Shown piece after piece: positions 1 through 10,890 of a stretch of 64,000 nt of DNA. The notes under the pieces are model-generated. The model was not told the DNA's origin. It worked only from the letters and a program-made list of their open reading frames with translations, and did no database searches. Numbering within the stretch: the stretch's first letter is position 1; each line of letters opens with the position of its first letter. The stretch comes from Schmidtea polychroa (lineage: Eukaryota): contig CM097888.1 in NCBI GenBank assembly GCA_044892525.1, positions 31,062,001 to 31,126,000 of the forward strand, written 5' to 3'. Position numbers and translations under genes: made by a program.

Positions 1-619
1 GTTTTTTCTTATGTGCTTATTAATTTTTAGACTCATTTTACTAACATTACTATCGACGTTTATATATGATCTAGTTACATGAAGATTCAGAAAAGGTTCA
101 GCGTTGAGTGAATGATACAATCAGTTTACAACATTGAATAACTCTATTCTAGGTGACCCTCTGTTTTGACACCAATGAAAATGAACAAAGCTTTAATAAT
201 ATATTTCAACTAAAAATAGTAAAAGCAAGAAATTTAATTATCAGTTTGAAATTTTTACTTCAAAATAAAGACAGGAAAGAAAAACCGTTTAAATAGTTTA
301 CATCAGTTAGTCAAGTGCCCCGCCCGCCCCCCCACAATGTTACAGGGGGTAATGGGTTTTTTGGATAAAATATCTTCCACGTCAAATTGAATTAGGGTGG
401 AAAAGGCCAAAGAGTTTTATTTCAATGTGAATCACTATAGTGAGGTAGTATTTTAGATCCCAGGATTTTTGTACAGTTCTCGTTAAAAACCTAAGTATGG
501 TTACGGTCTTTGGGATTTTTTGTATTAGATTTAGCTACTCTCGTTAAAAAGCCTAAATTAAATTCCCGTTAAAATAGCCTAAGTATTTTTTTATCCCGGG
601 ATTGTTGTACAAGATATTT

Positions 620-1000
620 TGAAGAATCGATGTCCTATGAGAAATGATGGTAAATAAGTAAATTAAAGAAAATTAAAGTAGTAGTAATTTTTAAATAATT
701 AATAATTTTTAAATTTTTAAATAAGAAATGTAACATGTAAACGATGTCTTCTGACAAATTAAAGTAAATTAGGGTAATAATTTTAAAATAAAGTAATTAT
801 TTCTAAATTAAGTAAAATAAGTTAAGTATTTTATTTTTAAATAAAGCAAATATTTTGAAAAAATGTTGACGCCTGAGAAAATAAAGTAAACTGGTAAAGT
901 AAATTTTAAATTAATCAAATTAACGTAAATTAGAGAGTATTACATTAATTCTAAATTATGATATTTTTTACGAAACGATATCGTCTGAGAAATTTGGATT
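620..1000. repeat. Degenerate ~116-bp tandem repeat, about 4 copies
   Basis: The motif (A)CGATGTC-N3-TGA(G/C)AAA(T)..AAAGTAAA recurs near 624, 740, 861 and 973. Confidence 0.45.
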
Positions 1001-1049
1001 GGTATAATAAATATATTATATTTGCAGTATCTGCAATACTCTAATAATT

Positions 1050-2230
1050 TAAAAATGTTTATCACAAAAGGAAAATTTTATGTTTGGAAGACTGTTGTAA
1101 TTGACGACCTTCATTCGATAACAACCAAAAGAAAACAAACTGGCCGCATCATAACAAAAACCTGACATTTTTCCGTAAAACAGATAAAATATTTGAATTT
1201 ACCGCACTCAGTTCTATTAAAAACACGCAAAATTATGTCTGATAAAAACAATATTGTCCAGTGTTATTAATTGGTAATTCAGTAATATTTTTCTAATTCG
1301 GATACTTCTAACAAAATCAGCAATTTAAAGAGACTTTAAAATTATAGCAACGGAAATTTATCATAATAATATATTCATTTAACTAAACGAGACTTTTTTC
1401 ATTGAAAGAAAACGATTTGTCTTCTATTCAAATTTTTGAGGAAAATTTAATGTATTTTGTGTGTATTTTTCAAATATTGATACCAATATTAAATACAATT
1501 AGCTCAGTTATACGCTGCGATACAAAATATATATTTACACCACTGTATTTTATAGCATATTAGAGTATCGATAATGAGACTTAATTTTCTAAGTTCATAA
1601 AATATTTGCATTTTTAGTGTTCAATGAGAGTAACTTTGGAAAAGGTCATTTTAAACTCTACGGAACCACGCATGGTGAACCACTCCTGGTTTATAGTAAG
1701 ATCCAGTAAAAATTTATAGCAAATGAAAGAAAATCATGTTGGACCAAATATATATGATCAATATATGATCAGTCAAAGTTAAAAATTGATGTTAGAGTTC
1801 TTGGCCAAATGTGGTCATTGGGTTACTAGTTGATAAAAATAATGATAGCTATCGACTGATATTGAAATTTAAAAAAAATCCCGATATTTACAAGATTTTA
1901 ACTGGTTTGAACGTTAAACAGCAAAAGATAACTGCGGTTAACCGGAAATATCCTGATAGATCGTAGTCGATGCTTTGGCCCTTTAGTTTATGCGAATCAA
2001 GTTGGCTATAACTATCAAATAATTTTCTTTATATTAAATGACAAATTTATTACTAATGATCTTAAACCGGTTTACCAGATCCACCATAACTGCATTTAAG
2101 CAAAATTAAACTTCAGCGACTTCTACTTAGGCAATACACATAATTCTAAGACAATACAAGTATACTGTAGTAAGGTCATTCAAGAATTCCTAGAAAATAA
2201 TTAAAAATTTTGATAGGCATGAGTCCTTTT
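1050..2230 (+). pseudogene. Decayed USP25/USP28-like deubiquitinase, C-terminal half of the catalytic domain
   Basis: Fragments across frameshifts and stops: IDDLHS (~1080), KLYGTTHGEP (~1655; cf. RLHAVLVHEGQ His box), WTKY, ITAV/EIS**IVVDA (~1930; cf. DIAVTKSSWEELVRDSFGG), IQEFLENN*KF (~2180; cf. DFVEEDNQRF). The comparisons are from memory of the human proteins. Confidence 0.45.
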
Positions 2231-4034
2231 GAGAAAAAAAATCGTTTTCCAATAAATACCTTTCATTCTTGGTTTTATCTAGTAGTATTTTTAAAATGGT
2301 ATGTAAACTAACTGTGAATGCGTTGCAGATGTACCATTAAATTGAGTTAATATAAATAACATACTAATCAAAATGGCAGTATATTTCTCTCCAAATTAAA
2401 TAATATGCAAAGGTGGACAATATTTTCATATTTACTATTAAAAATAATTAGCAATAAATCCCTGGAATATCAAATAAATTTAATTATCAGATTTTATTCA
2501 GAAATTAATGGAGATTTTGTTTTGCTTTACTAATAATTCGTGAGTCACAAAGTGTGTCTTTGAAACTGGCATTTTCGTTGTCTGATTCTAATAATCACGT
2601 GATTCCTGATAACGTCGTCAGTGAGTAATGTCGATACATTAATTAAAGGAAATTTTAAATCTATTGTCAAACAAAGAAGTAAGAAATTATCAGATTTTTG
2701 TAACTAAAGATAAATTTCATTACAGTTTATTATGTTAGATAAAGATTAATTTAATTAATTATTAATTTCTAATTTTTTTCAATCAAATTGCTAATAGCAA
2801 TAGAATTAGTGTGACTTTCCTCCAACTGGAATTGAGATTTAATTATGTGAAGGTAATGCTCAATTTAATGTCGGCGAAGTTCTAAAAATGATTTCTTAAT
2901 TAAACTGCCTTGGACTTGGAGAATTTTGGTAAAAATGAATTTAAAGCATTTAAATGAATGGTATATATTAAAACTTTAATTATTTCTATGCATTCGAAAT
3001 AAAAGTTTTGCAATTTAGTAAGCCAATCTATATTTCAGTATTTTAAATCCTAAATGTTGAAAATCAGTTTTGTCAATAGGAAATGGTTATAATAAAGTAA
3101 AATTTCAATTATTTGAACAACTAAAAATGAATTGAGGATGAAGAAACTGAATTTTTATTTTGAATGGAAAGGACGTTATTTAAATATATCAGAAACACAA
3201 AGCTAACTAATGTGAAAAATGTCAGTGTAAACAGGTATTTCAGAAAAAAATTGCAAAGTGCTAAAACTTTTATCTGACTGGTAAAGGGTATTCAATTAAT
3301 TTTTTATGTTGGAATCATGTAAATGAGTATACATAAGATATAAATTCACGAGAGCTCTAGTGGAATACATGTAATAATGAAATAACCGTATAATATATTT
3401 AAAATCCAATAAAATGTAAAGATTAATTAAAAATTCAAAAAATTAATTGTTGTAAGTGAGGAGTACAAACCAGTGATGAGGTGAAATTCCAGGCGGCTGA
3501 AAATAAGTAGTTCAAGGATTAATTAAAAAACTTTTGTAAATAAAACGAAATTAGTTAACGCTTCAATTTATTCAGTGATTAAATTGTTTTTAATATATTA
3601 TACACTTGATCATTATTGGAATTTACTGAGAGAATTTAGTTTTAGTTTTAATTGTTTCTATAATAATTTGCTTTTGATATACTTAATAGGCCATGATCAA
3701 TTATTCAACGTTCCTATTTATTTTTTCTTGATCATGTTTTAGAAATTTCTTGTCCACACTCAAAATTTTATTACGGCATTTTTTTTCGTTGATCCAAAAA
3801 TTCTATTGTGAACATTTAAAACAATATTCTAAAGTGAATTAAGAACATTCAGACCTAAAGTATTTAGACTGAGTTAAGGCCAAGAGGAATAAGGTAGTGA
3901 AATATTGAATAAAATTTTCTAAAAAATCGTTAAAAGGGATTAAATAAAAATTCGAGATTGCCTAACTCGGTTTTCATATCATGTTCACTATGTGGTTCAG
4001 ATTAAGATTGTTACCACTATCTTATGTTATATAC

Positions 4035-5411
4035 CATAGGTGGCCAACAAGTCGATCGCGAGGCCAATTTTGGTCGATCGTTGATCTCGTAATTCCGTTT
4101 ACTACCGTGACTTCGAAGGGATTTTAGAAGACAAAGCTTTGTGCTAATAGTTGAATGTATTCTGCGAACTTACCAAGTTCATGAATACCTAGAATTCTTA
4201 CAACAAGACACTGTTATATCCGCTCGCCCAGCACAATACATTTTAACTTATGTGTTACATTGTCACCGACACAACATGCGAAGGCAACAGTTACAACTCG
4301 AATCGTTGAAAAACACATTCAGTTAGCTTGAATATTTGATGGCCATAAGTAGCTTCATTTCTTTTGTATTAACTGTGTCATTATTAAGGAATATTATTAA
4401 TTCTTGGTGACCACGTATTTCTGTATAAAATGGATGTTATTTTCTTTGTTTTAAATTAAATTGCTTTTCTTACCTATTTATTTACTTGATAAGTGTGCAT
4501 TCTCTGCAACAGATCTCTAAACTGCGGTCATTGCACTGGGAAACAAATAAGGGATAGCATTACAAATATATTAGGAATATCAGCAATTTTACCTAAAGTA
4601 AGAGGTCATTAATGTAAACCGTAATAAATAAATTGTAATTTTAATACACTTCTTGTAAATTCGAATTTATCTAAATTAGATTTTGATATACTTGTATTGT
4701 TGTCCCCGATTGTAGTATGTAATATTGTTATTATTTTGTTCAATGTAATGGAGATAATTGCCGCAGTTCATGAATTTTTGAATTTTCCATGAAAATATTT
4801 AATTCAATATTTATTCTATAAATTGTCATTTCTTTGCATTCCAGTATGCCCATAATATGAGTAGTAAACCGAAAAAATCTAAAACTTATCACTTCAATGA
4901 AGAGTGGGAGCTCGATTATTTTTTTACAATGGTGAATGATAAATGCTGTTGTTTAATATGCCTTACCTCAGTAGCCATTGCTAAGAAGGGTAATTTGGAG
5001 AGACATTTCTTAGCTTTACATAACAAGTATCAAACTGATTATCCACCAAATTCAGAACTGAGAAAACATAAAGTTTAGGATCTTAAAACTCGATTAGCAA
5101 ATCAATAGTGTTTTTAAAAAGCCAAGGTTGATGTCACAAGCAGTAACTACTGCATCATTCAAAGTTAGCTATCTCTTAACAAAAAAATGCAAGCCATTAT
5201 CCGACGGTGAATTTGTAAAGGAATTTTTTTGGAAATGTCGGATTCACTTTTTAACGATTTTAGGAACAAGAGTGAAATTGTTGCTGAAAATCAAGATCTA
5301 CAATTGTCTCGAAACACAGTGGTGCGAAGAATTGAAATAATGAGTGGGAGTGTTAAAGAGAAGTTAATTAAGAATATTAATATATGTTCTTGTTTTTCCA
5401 TTCAATGTGAT
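4035..5411 (+). mobile_element. hAT DNA transposon (GTF2IRD2/EPM2AIP1/SPIN-type), 5' half, truncated by LTR insertion
   Basis: Terminal CATAGGTGGCCAAC. Broken transposase MSSKPKKSKTYHFNEEWELDYFF..CCCLIC..KKGNLERHF..KPLSDGEFVKE..LQLSRNTVVRRI..FSIQCD, cut at 5411 by TGTTGGG. Confidence 0.85.
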
Positions 5412-5660
5412 TGTTGGGTACCTGGGTGTACTTTTCATAACTGTCGCAACTAGGGATTGCTCTTACCATTGATTTAGCTTTTCCACAGCACCCAAGATGA
5501 TTCATTGACATATTCCCTCCGGTGTACTCATAATAACGAGTCATGTTGGTGATGTACACCGAGGTTGGAACCTGTGAGCAGGTGAGCTCCTGCCTTAGGA
5601 CTACTTTTCACAGTGTTCGCGGTTTGGGTTCTAGAATGCCATAGAAGGACTTACATCAAT
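5412..5660 (-). ncRNA. Conserved structured RNA at LTR 3' end (divergent copy 1)
   Basis: CCTTCT..GAACCC motif; stem GAAC-CTGTGA/TCACAG-GTTC; stem CCTC-GGTGTAC/GTACACC-GAGG with an ACCAAC bulge; junction closed by CTTGGGTG/CACCCAGG. Confidence 0.6.
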
Positions 5661-5947
5661 CAACAATTTGCCTCTGGTCCAAGTGAGGTCTTTGGATTGG
5701 TCTACATGTTTACGATGCGGCCGGAGAACAATTTATTAGTTATTCGACTATCAACGAGACACATTTCGCAATTTAAACATTTATTATATTCAATCCAGTT
5801 CTAGATACATTGGGAAGGAAAAGTACAAACATCCAACAGATTCACATTTCAGACACAGTATCACAATTCGTTCATCAAAAGATTCACAATAGTAATTTGT
5901 CAGACTAGAAGGGATTTGTGTTGAACCCTTCAGGTGGGTATTGGCGA

Positions 5948-6647
5948 TTACATATCCCCTTCTGCCAACATTGCGTCGATGTCATGTTCTAACACTGGGT
6001 CGAGAGATTGCCGAGAAACTGTTGTTGGCGCGACTTTGGTTGTCGAAGCTGGACCCTCAGGGGATACTACTTGTGCCTGAGTGACAGTGAACAAGGTCGC
6101 TTCTAGAGCCGCAATTTCCTCACGCCGTTTCTTAGTTTTTTCTGCGCGTGTCAATCGCTTTTTACTTTTCTGCTTGGGCGGATCAGTCTGGGTTACCCGC
6201 TGAGAAGTTGAGGGGTTTACAGGATTCACGATTGAAGGTACGGGTACCGGTATTCGTGTCTTTAGGACGTCCGTAATGACTGGTGACCCGACCGTTGGGC
6301 CATGAGAATCACAGCAAGTCGGGTGAGCCGGCTCTGGATGAATTAATTTCTTTTGTCCAAGATGGGATATTCGGCAATGCGCGCCTTCAATTAGGCTTCC
6401 GAATAGATGCGGTGGAGAGCCGCTGGCTCCGACTTTCCTCGAGCAAACTGTCCAGACAGTGTTCGAGTCTGAGAATCTTCATTTGGGCCTCTTTCACCCG
6501 CACTGGAGTAAACCAGGTACCTTCCAAGGTGTCAATTTTCCGCTTTAATGATCCTATGTACTCAGCCGATTTCTTCAGTAGCGCATTTTTTTCGGCGCAC
6601 GAGAAACACGGTCTCTGGCCGGTTGGAGGGAGATTCGGTTCTGACAT
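5948..6647 (-). pseudogene. LTR-encoded coiled-coil protein (ORF-B family), ~230 aa with one frameshift
   Basis: ORF 6647-6387 joins the open frame ending at 5948 if one A near 6400 is removed (..RLSTASIR|SLIEGAH..). Motif KIDTLEGTWFTPV is shared with 21091-21469 and 33538-33892. Confidence 0.6.
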
Positions 6648-8754
6648 TGTTCTTGAAAAATACTAAAAATATGCGAAATGGTTAAATTACCCCGATACAA
6701 TAATTAAGTTTCGCAAGGTCCCCCAAAAAATCTCTACTAAACCAATTCCCCTGGTCGGTTTATTTACCCCGCGAATTCCATACTATTAAATATTCGCCAA
6801 TTCTTCTGGATTTAAATGAGTAGGGACAGAGTCTCGATTGAGAAACAATTGAATAACCACACCTTTCTCCCGCATTATCCAAACCTAACTGTCGATTTGA
6901 AGTTAATTATTTAAATTTATTTTATCGACGGTGAATAATTGTGAACTTTACAAGGTTATCATTAATTTTCTTATTATTTCCTTTGCGGAAAAATCTTATT
7001 CAAATTTAAATGACGTCCAATTCAAATGCATAAAAGTTTCTATGCTTTACTATTCGACATTTGAGCAAGGAGATGTTAAAAAATAAAAATCAATTTAGTT
7101 AAAAATAATTAGGAAAATATCAGAAGATTTGTTATAAATTTATTTATTATAAATTCGTTTATGATAAATTTAATATAATTATAATATACACCTAATATAC
7201 AGATTTCGACTGGCTTGTTTACATTGCTTATTTAGATCAAATAAAAAAAAATATCTTCCGATGTGTCGCCTGAATTTGTGTAGAAATCCGGACTTATTTT
7301 TCTCCCGCTTATCGCCATTCGAAACGATTGGTTGCGGACGTTTCTGTCCGGGAATTTTCTCTAAACCGGAGTTATCGGTGGCTGATTTACCATAGGTTGT
7401 GTACTGAGTGTGAAGGTATAATGTGCAAATAATTCAACTTCGTGGTTATCCCTGTAATTAACTGTCGACTTCCCCGCAGAACATCCATCATTCACTCATT
7501 AAAGTACAGGTGAATTACGTAACCGGCGTAGTCGCAATTTATGCACACTGGCTGGATGAGTGGCGGAAAATTATGGGGATTCTTACTACGTGTGGGACGG
7601 GTGTGTTGCTGCTGTATTTCTGTTTATAGGTGTTTTAGATTTTTGGATTTCGCCGATGCCTCTTCACCAGCTGGGTTAATTAGCGAAAATTGTTTATGTG
7701 AAATGCCGAAATCTCGTTAATTCATCAGGTGTAGCTCTCGTTCTATGTTTGGCCGATTTTGATTCTTAGCGTTATCAGATGGGAGGCCCTGCCAAATATT
7801 GACAAGTCGATTGAAACTGGTAAGGTTTTTGTTTATCATATTATCTTGATATTACTACAGAGTTTACGATGGAAAGTATAGATAACCCGGCGGCAAGACT
7901 TCTCTACTAGTTGGCGGTTAAACCCGTTAAAGTACAACTCTATAGAAACCAGACAAGTAGAAGGTCAATCTCGATGGTTTAATCGCTTCTGTGAAAGGTA
8001 TTTCTTGACTATCGAATGCCTGAAGGGTATGAAATTCAATATCTCCTCGCGATGTCTCTCCTATTTCACGATGGCAATTTGCTTTTACCTACAAAAGATA
8101 CAGATGGGTCATTGCCATCACCGAGCCAGAGAACCTATCGTTTCCACATATTATGTCAGATTTTATCCACACCCAACTACCCACTACGCTATCACTATAA
8201 TCAATCATACAGCAAGACGATCTGAGCCCTATCGATGCGAGCATCAACAGTTCCAGACGTCCTCCCAGCTAATCAATCATCATCAATAAGTAAATCGAAG
8301 TAATAATAATAAAATTTATATTTATAATATTAATAAAACCTAGACTATTCCGTCACGGTTACTGTACTACCGCTACCTTATAATAGATATCCACTTGCTC
8401 TGCTGAAAATGCCGAAACCTCTATTACACTTCTCTAGTCACAAAATCCAACTATCCCGACTAGTTCTATTCCATCTTATCCGATCCTCTCCGGCTACATC
8501 TCGACTGGCTAAATATTTCTTCTGCTCCCTTCCTCCGGGTCATAATCCGGTTACTCAACCAAGTTCGTGAATACAAGTGTCATTCTCCCTCACGCTACCC
8601 TGCATACACATTCCATCGGCTCATCAGCACTTCATGAATCTCCGGATACTGCTATATAAATTTCTTCAAAATCTGTCTATACAACCATCCGTTCGTTGCT
8701 GTCATTAACAAACGCTATTGATAAGGTTTTTGTATAACATAAGGCGGTTTATAA

Positions 8755-9164
8755 TGTGGTTAAATTCAGCGCGCCGTCAAAAGACTCTCTCCGAATTATT
8801 CCCCGAAAATCCTTCTGTGAATTATTCCCCGTAAATTACTTCTTAAAATCCAAAAGAAACACAATTCAGCGACAATACGTTTATTAACAATTAAATATTT
8901 TAACAATTATATTTGAATCGATACATTATCAATTTCCAACATTAAACTTAAGAAAAAACCCGATCGTATGAGTCGCCGCGGTGGCAACCATTAAAACAAA
9001 CATCAGAATAATAATATTACAAATATTTTAACATTTTAATTCCAACTTTCTCATAATGCTCCCTTGCACTCTACAACACAAAATATTAAACCTTTCAACA
9101 TTCGAACTATAATCAGTTTTAAAACATTTAATTATAACAAACTTAAATGACCCTTTTACTCACA
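8755..9164 (-). repeat. 3' LTR (410 bp)
   Basis: Direct repeat of 10481-10890 with 2 substitutions. Confidence 0.95.
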
Positions 9165-9196
9165 TCCCCCCGAGTTTGTTAAGTAAGCACACACTC

Positions 9197-9925
9197 TTAT
9201 TCGTTGCATGCTCGTATATTTTTAACATGCATACATACCCCATCAACAGAAACATTCCATGCCGAATTTACATCTGTTACCACACCTTCTCTCCACTCAT
9301 CCATGCAAGTCGCATCACCACCCTTTACATGAACGACATCACCAACTCGAAACTTTCCACTCGTTTCATTGTCCCGATCTCTTTCAACATTTTCGTCATT
9401 CAACTCGTATGCATATATGGAAGCAAATGGCACGGAGCATTCATCTTGACCCTCGCGCGGCGACGCATTATACCAAAACAGCATTTCTTCCACAGTTCCC
9501 CGCGTTCGAGCCACCATCCTTTTTATTGTCCTGTGGTTACGTTCCACAATTCCATTTCCAGAAGATTCATACGCACATCTATACATATGCTTTACTTTCC
9601 ATTCATCACAAAATTTTCTCAATGCATCGCTTTTAAACGCTCCTCCATTATCACTAAGTAATTCTCTGCAAAACCCTCTTTCGAACATGGTCTTTCTTAT
9701 CGCATTCAACACGCTTCGTACACTTTCATCTTTCAACTCATGCCATATTGCATACCTCCCGGGTCCGCAGTCCACTACCGACAAATACTTCTTTCCCTCC
9801 AAATGCACAACATCCACTGCTATTCTGACCCACGTGCCACCCACGCTCAACTCACCTTTCGGCATTCTACACGCATGCGGATCAACGGTAGCACACTTAA
9901 AACAATTTCTCACGACCGCCTCCAC
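9197..9925 (-). CDS. Retroviral-type integrase core (rve); N-terminal His pair of the HHCC finger deleted
   Basis: CFKC, RIAVDVVHL, LLSDNGGAF, SSGNGIVERNHRTIK give the D-D-E triad. Confidence 0.9.
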   Translation of the reverse strand: MEAVVRNCFKCATVDPHACRMPKGELSVGGTWVRIAVDVVHLEGKKYLSVVDCGPGRYAIWHELKDESVRSVLNAIRKTMFERGFCRELLSDNGGAFKSDALRKFCDEWKVKHMYRCAYESSGNGIVERNHRTIKRMVARTRGTVEEMLFWYNASPREGQDECSVPFASIYAYELNDENVERDRDNETSGKFRVGDVVHVKGGDATCMDEWREGVVTDVNSAWNVSVDGVCMHVKNIRACNE

Positions 9926-10337
9926 GTCCTTTCGATTCTATTCCCGCGCTCTTCACTAATCTCTTCAAGTTTATGGCATACAAATCTACCTTATCACTCA
10001 CACATTTCAAGTTGACAAACATTTCATACGCTGTATATTTGTTTATGCCAAATGTTTTACGCAACGCCGATTCCACACCCCCTTTCACGTCTCGTTCTTC
10101 CTCAGACATATTCATATACACGCTGAAGGCCGAACCATCCAACAATAGCGGCATAATGCGTCTCGTGTCTTTAATGCCTTGCACATCGCACACCATTCTA
10201 ACTCGTTCCAACCATTCCTCAACATCCAAACTCCCATCATACTTCGTCACAACATTTAACACCCTTATAGACGACTTCACCGCGTCTTCATCCCGAATCC
10301 CCCCTTCATTCATTCCACTTTTTACTTTACTTGTCAT
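9897..10337 (-). CDS. Gypsy gag N-terminal fragment, running out of frame into the integrase at the deletion junction
   Basis: LDVEEWLERVRMVC..MPLLLDGSAFSVY..ALRKTF resembles retrotransposon gag; junction near 9930. Confidence 0.75.
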   Translation of the reverse strand: MTSKVKSGMNEGGIRDEDAVKSSIRVLNVVTKYDGSLDVEEWLERVRMVCDVQGIKDTRRIMPLLLDGSAFSVYMNMSEEERDVKGGVESALRKTFGINKYTAYEMFVNLKCVSDKVDLYAINLKRLVKSAGIESKGRGGGREKLF

Positions 10338-10468
10338 TTCAAAACAATTTATTTTAAAAATCGAATTTTTAAATTGTTTTTAATAATTAAATGTTCTCAA
10401 TACTTTTTACAAATCAAACTATTGAAAAGCTATATTATGTATCATTCAAAGTACAAAAAAAATATCTT

Positions 10469-10480
10469 GCCCGGATAGCT
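10469..10480 (-). promoter_or_regulatory. Primer-binding-site position complementary to nt 1-12 of tRNA-Lys(UUU)
   Basis: The + strand reads GCCCGGATAGCT directly abutting the 5' LTR, identical to the 5' end of animal tRNA-Lys(UUU). No canonical TGG-type PBS is present. Confidence 0.65.
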
Positions 10481-10890
10481 TGTGGTTAAATTCAGCGCGC
10501 CGTCAAAAGACTCTCTCCGAATTATTCCCCGAAAATCCTTCTGTGAATTATTCCCCGTAAATTACTTCTTAAAATCCAAAAGAAACACAATTCAGCGACA
10601 ATACGTTTATTAACAATTAAATATTTTAACAATTATATTTGAATCGATACATTATCAATTTCCAACATTAAACTTAAGAAAGAACCCGATCGTATGAGTC
10701 GCCGCGGTGGCAACCATTAAAACAAACATCAGAATAATAATATTACAAATATTTTAACATTTTAATTCCAACTTTCTCATAATGCTCCCTTGCACTCTAC
10801 AACACAAAATATTAAACCTTTCAACATTCGAACTATAATCAGTTTTAAAACATTTAATTATAACAAACTTAAATTACCCTTTTACTCACA
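10481..10890 (-). repeat. 5' LTR (410 bp)
   Basis: Direct repeat of 8755-9164. Confidence 0.95.

Larger units (their letters stand above)
8755..10890 (-). mobile_element. Gypsy LTR retrotransposon deletion derivative (gag N-terminus plus integrase; no PR/RT/RH)
   Basis: 410-bp LTRs (8755-9164, 10481-10890) with TG..CA ends and 2 mismatches; 5-bp TSD TATAA (8750-8754, 10891-10895); PPT-like CGGGGGGA on the minus strand abutting the 3' LTR. Confidence 0.95.

Noticed and set aside
9176-10383. Plus-strand ORFs 9176-9661, 9259-9636, 9687-9959, 9740-10015 and 9973-10383
   Set aside because: They are antisense shadows of the gag and integrase frames.
10469-10480. tRNA-Lys gene
   Set aside because: Only nt 1-12 match, with no D-loop, anticodon or T-arm. 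It is treated as a PBS-position motif instead.
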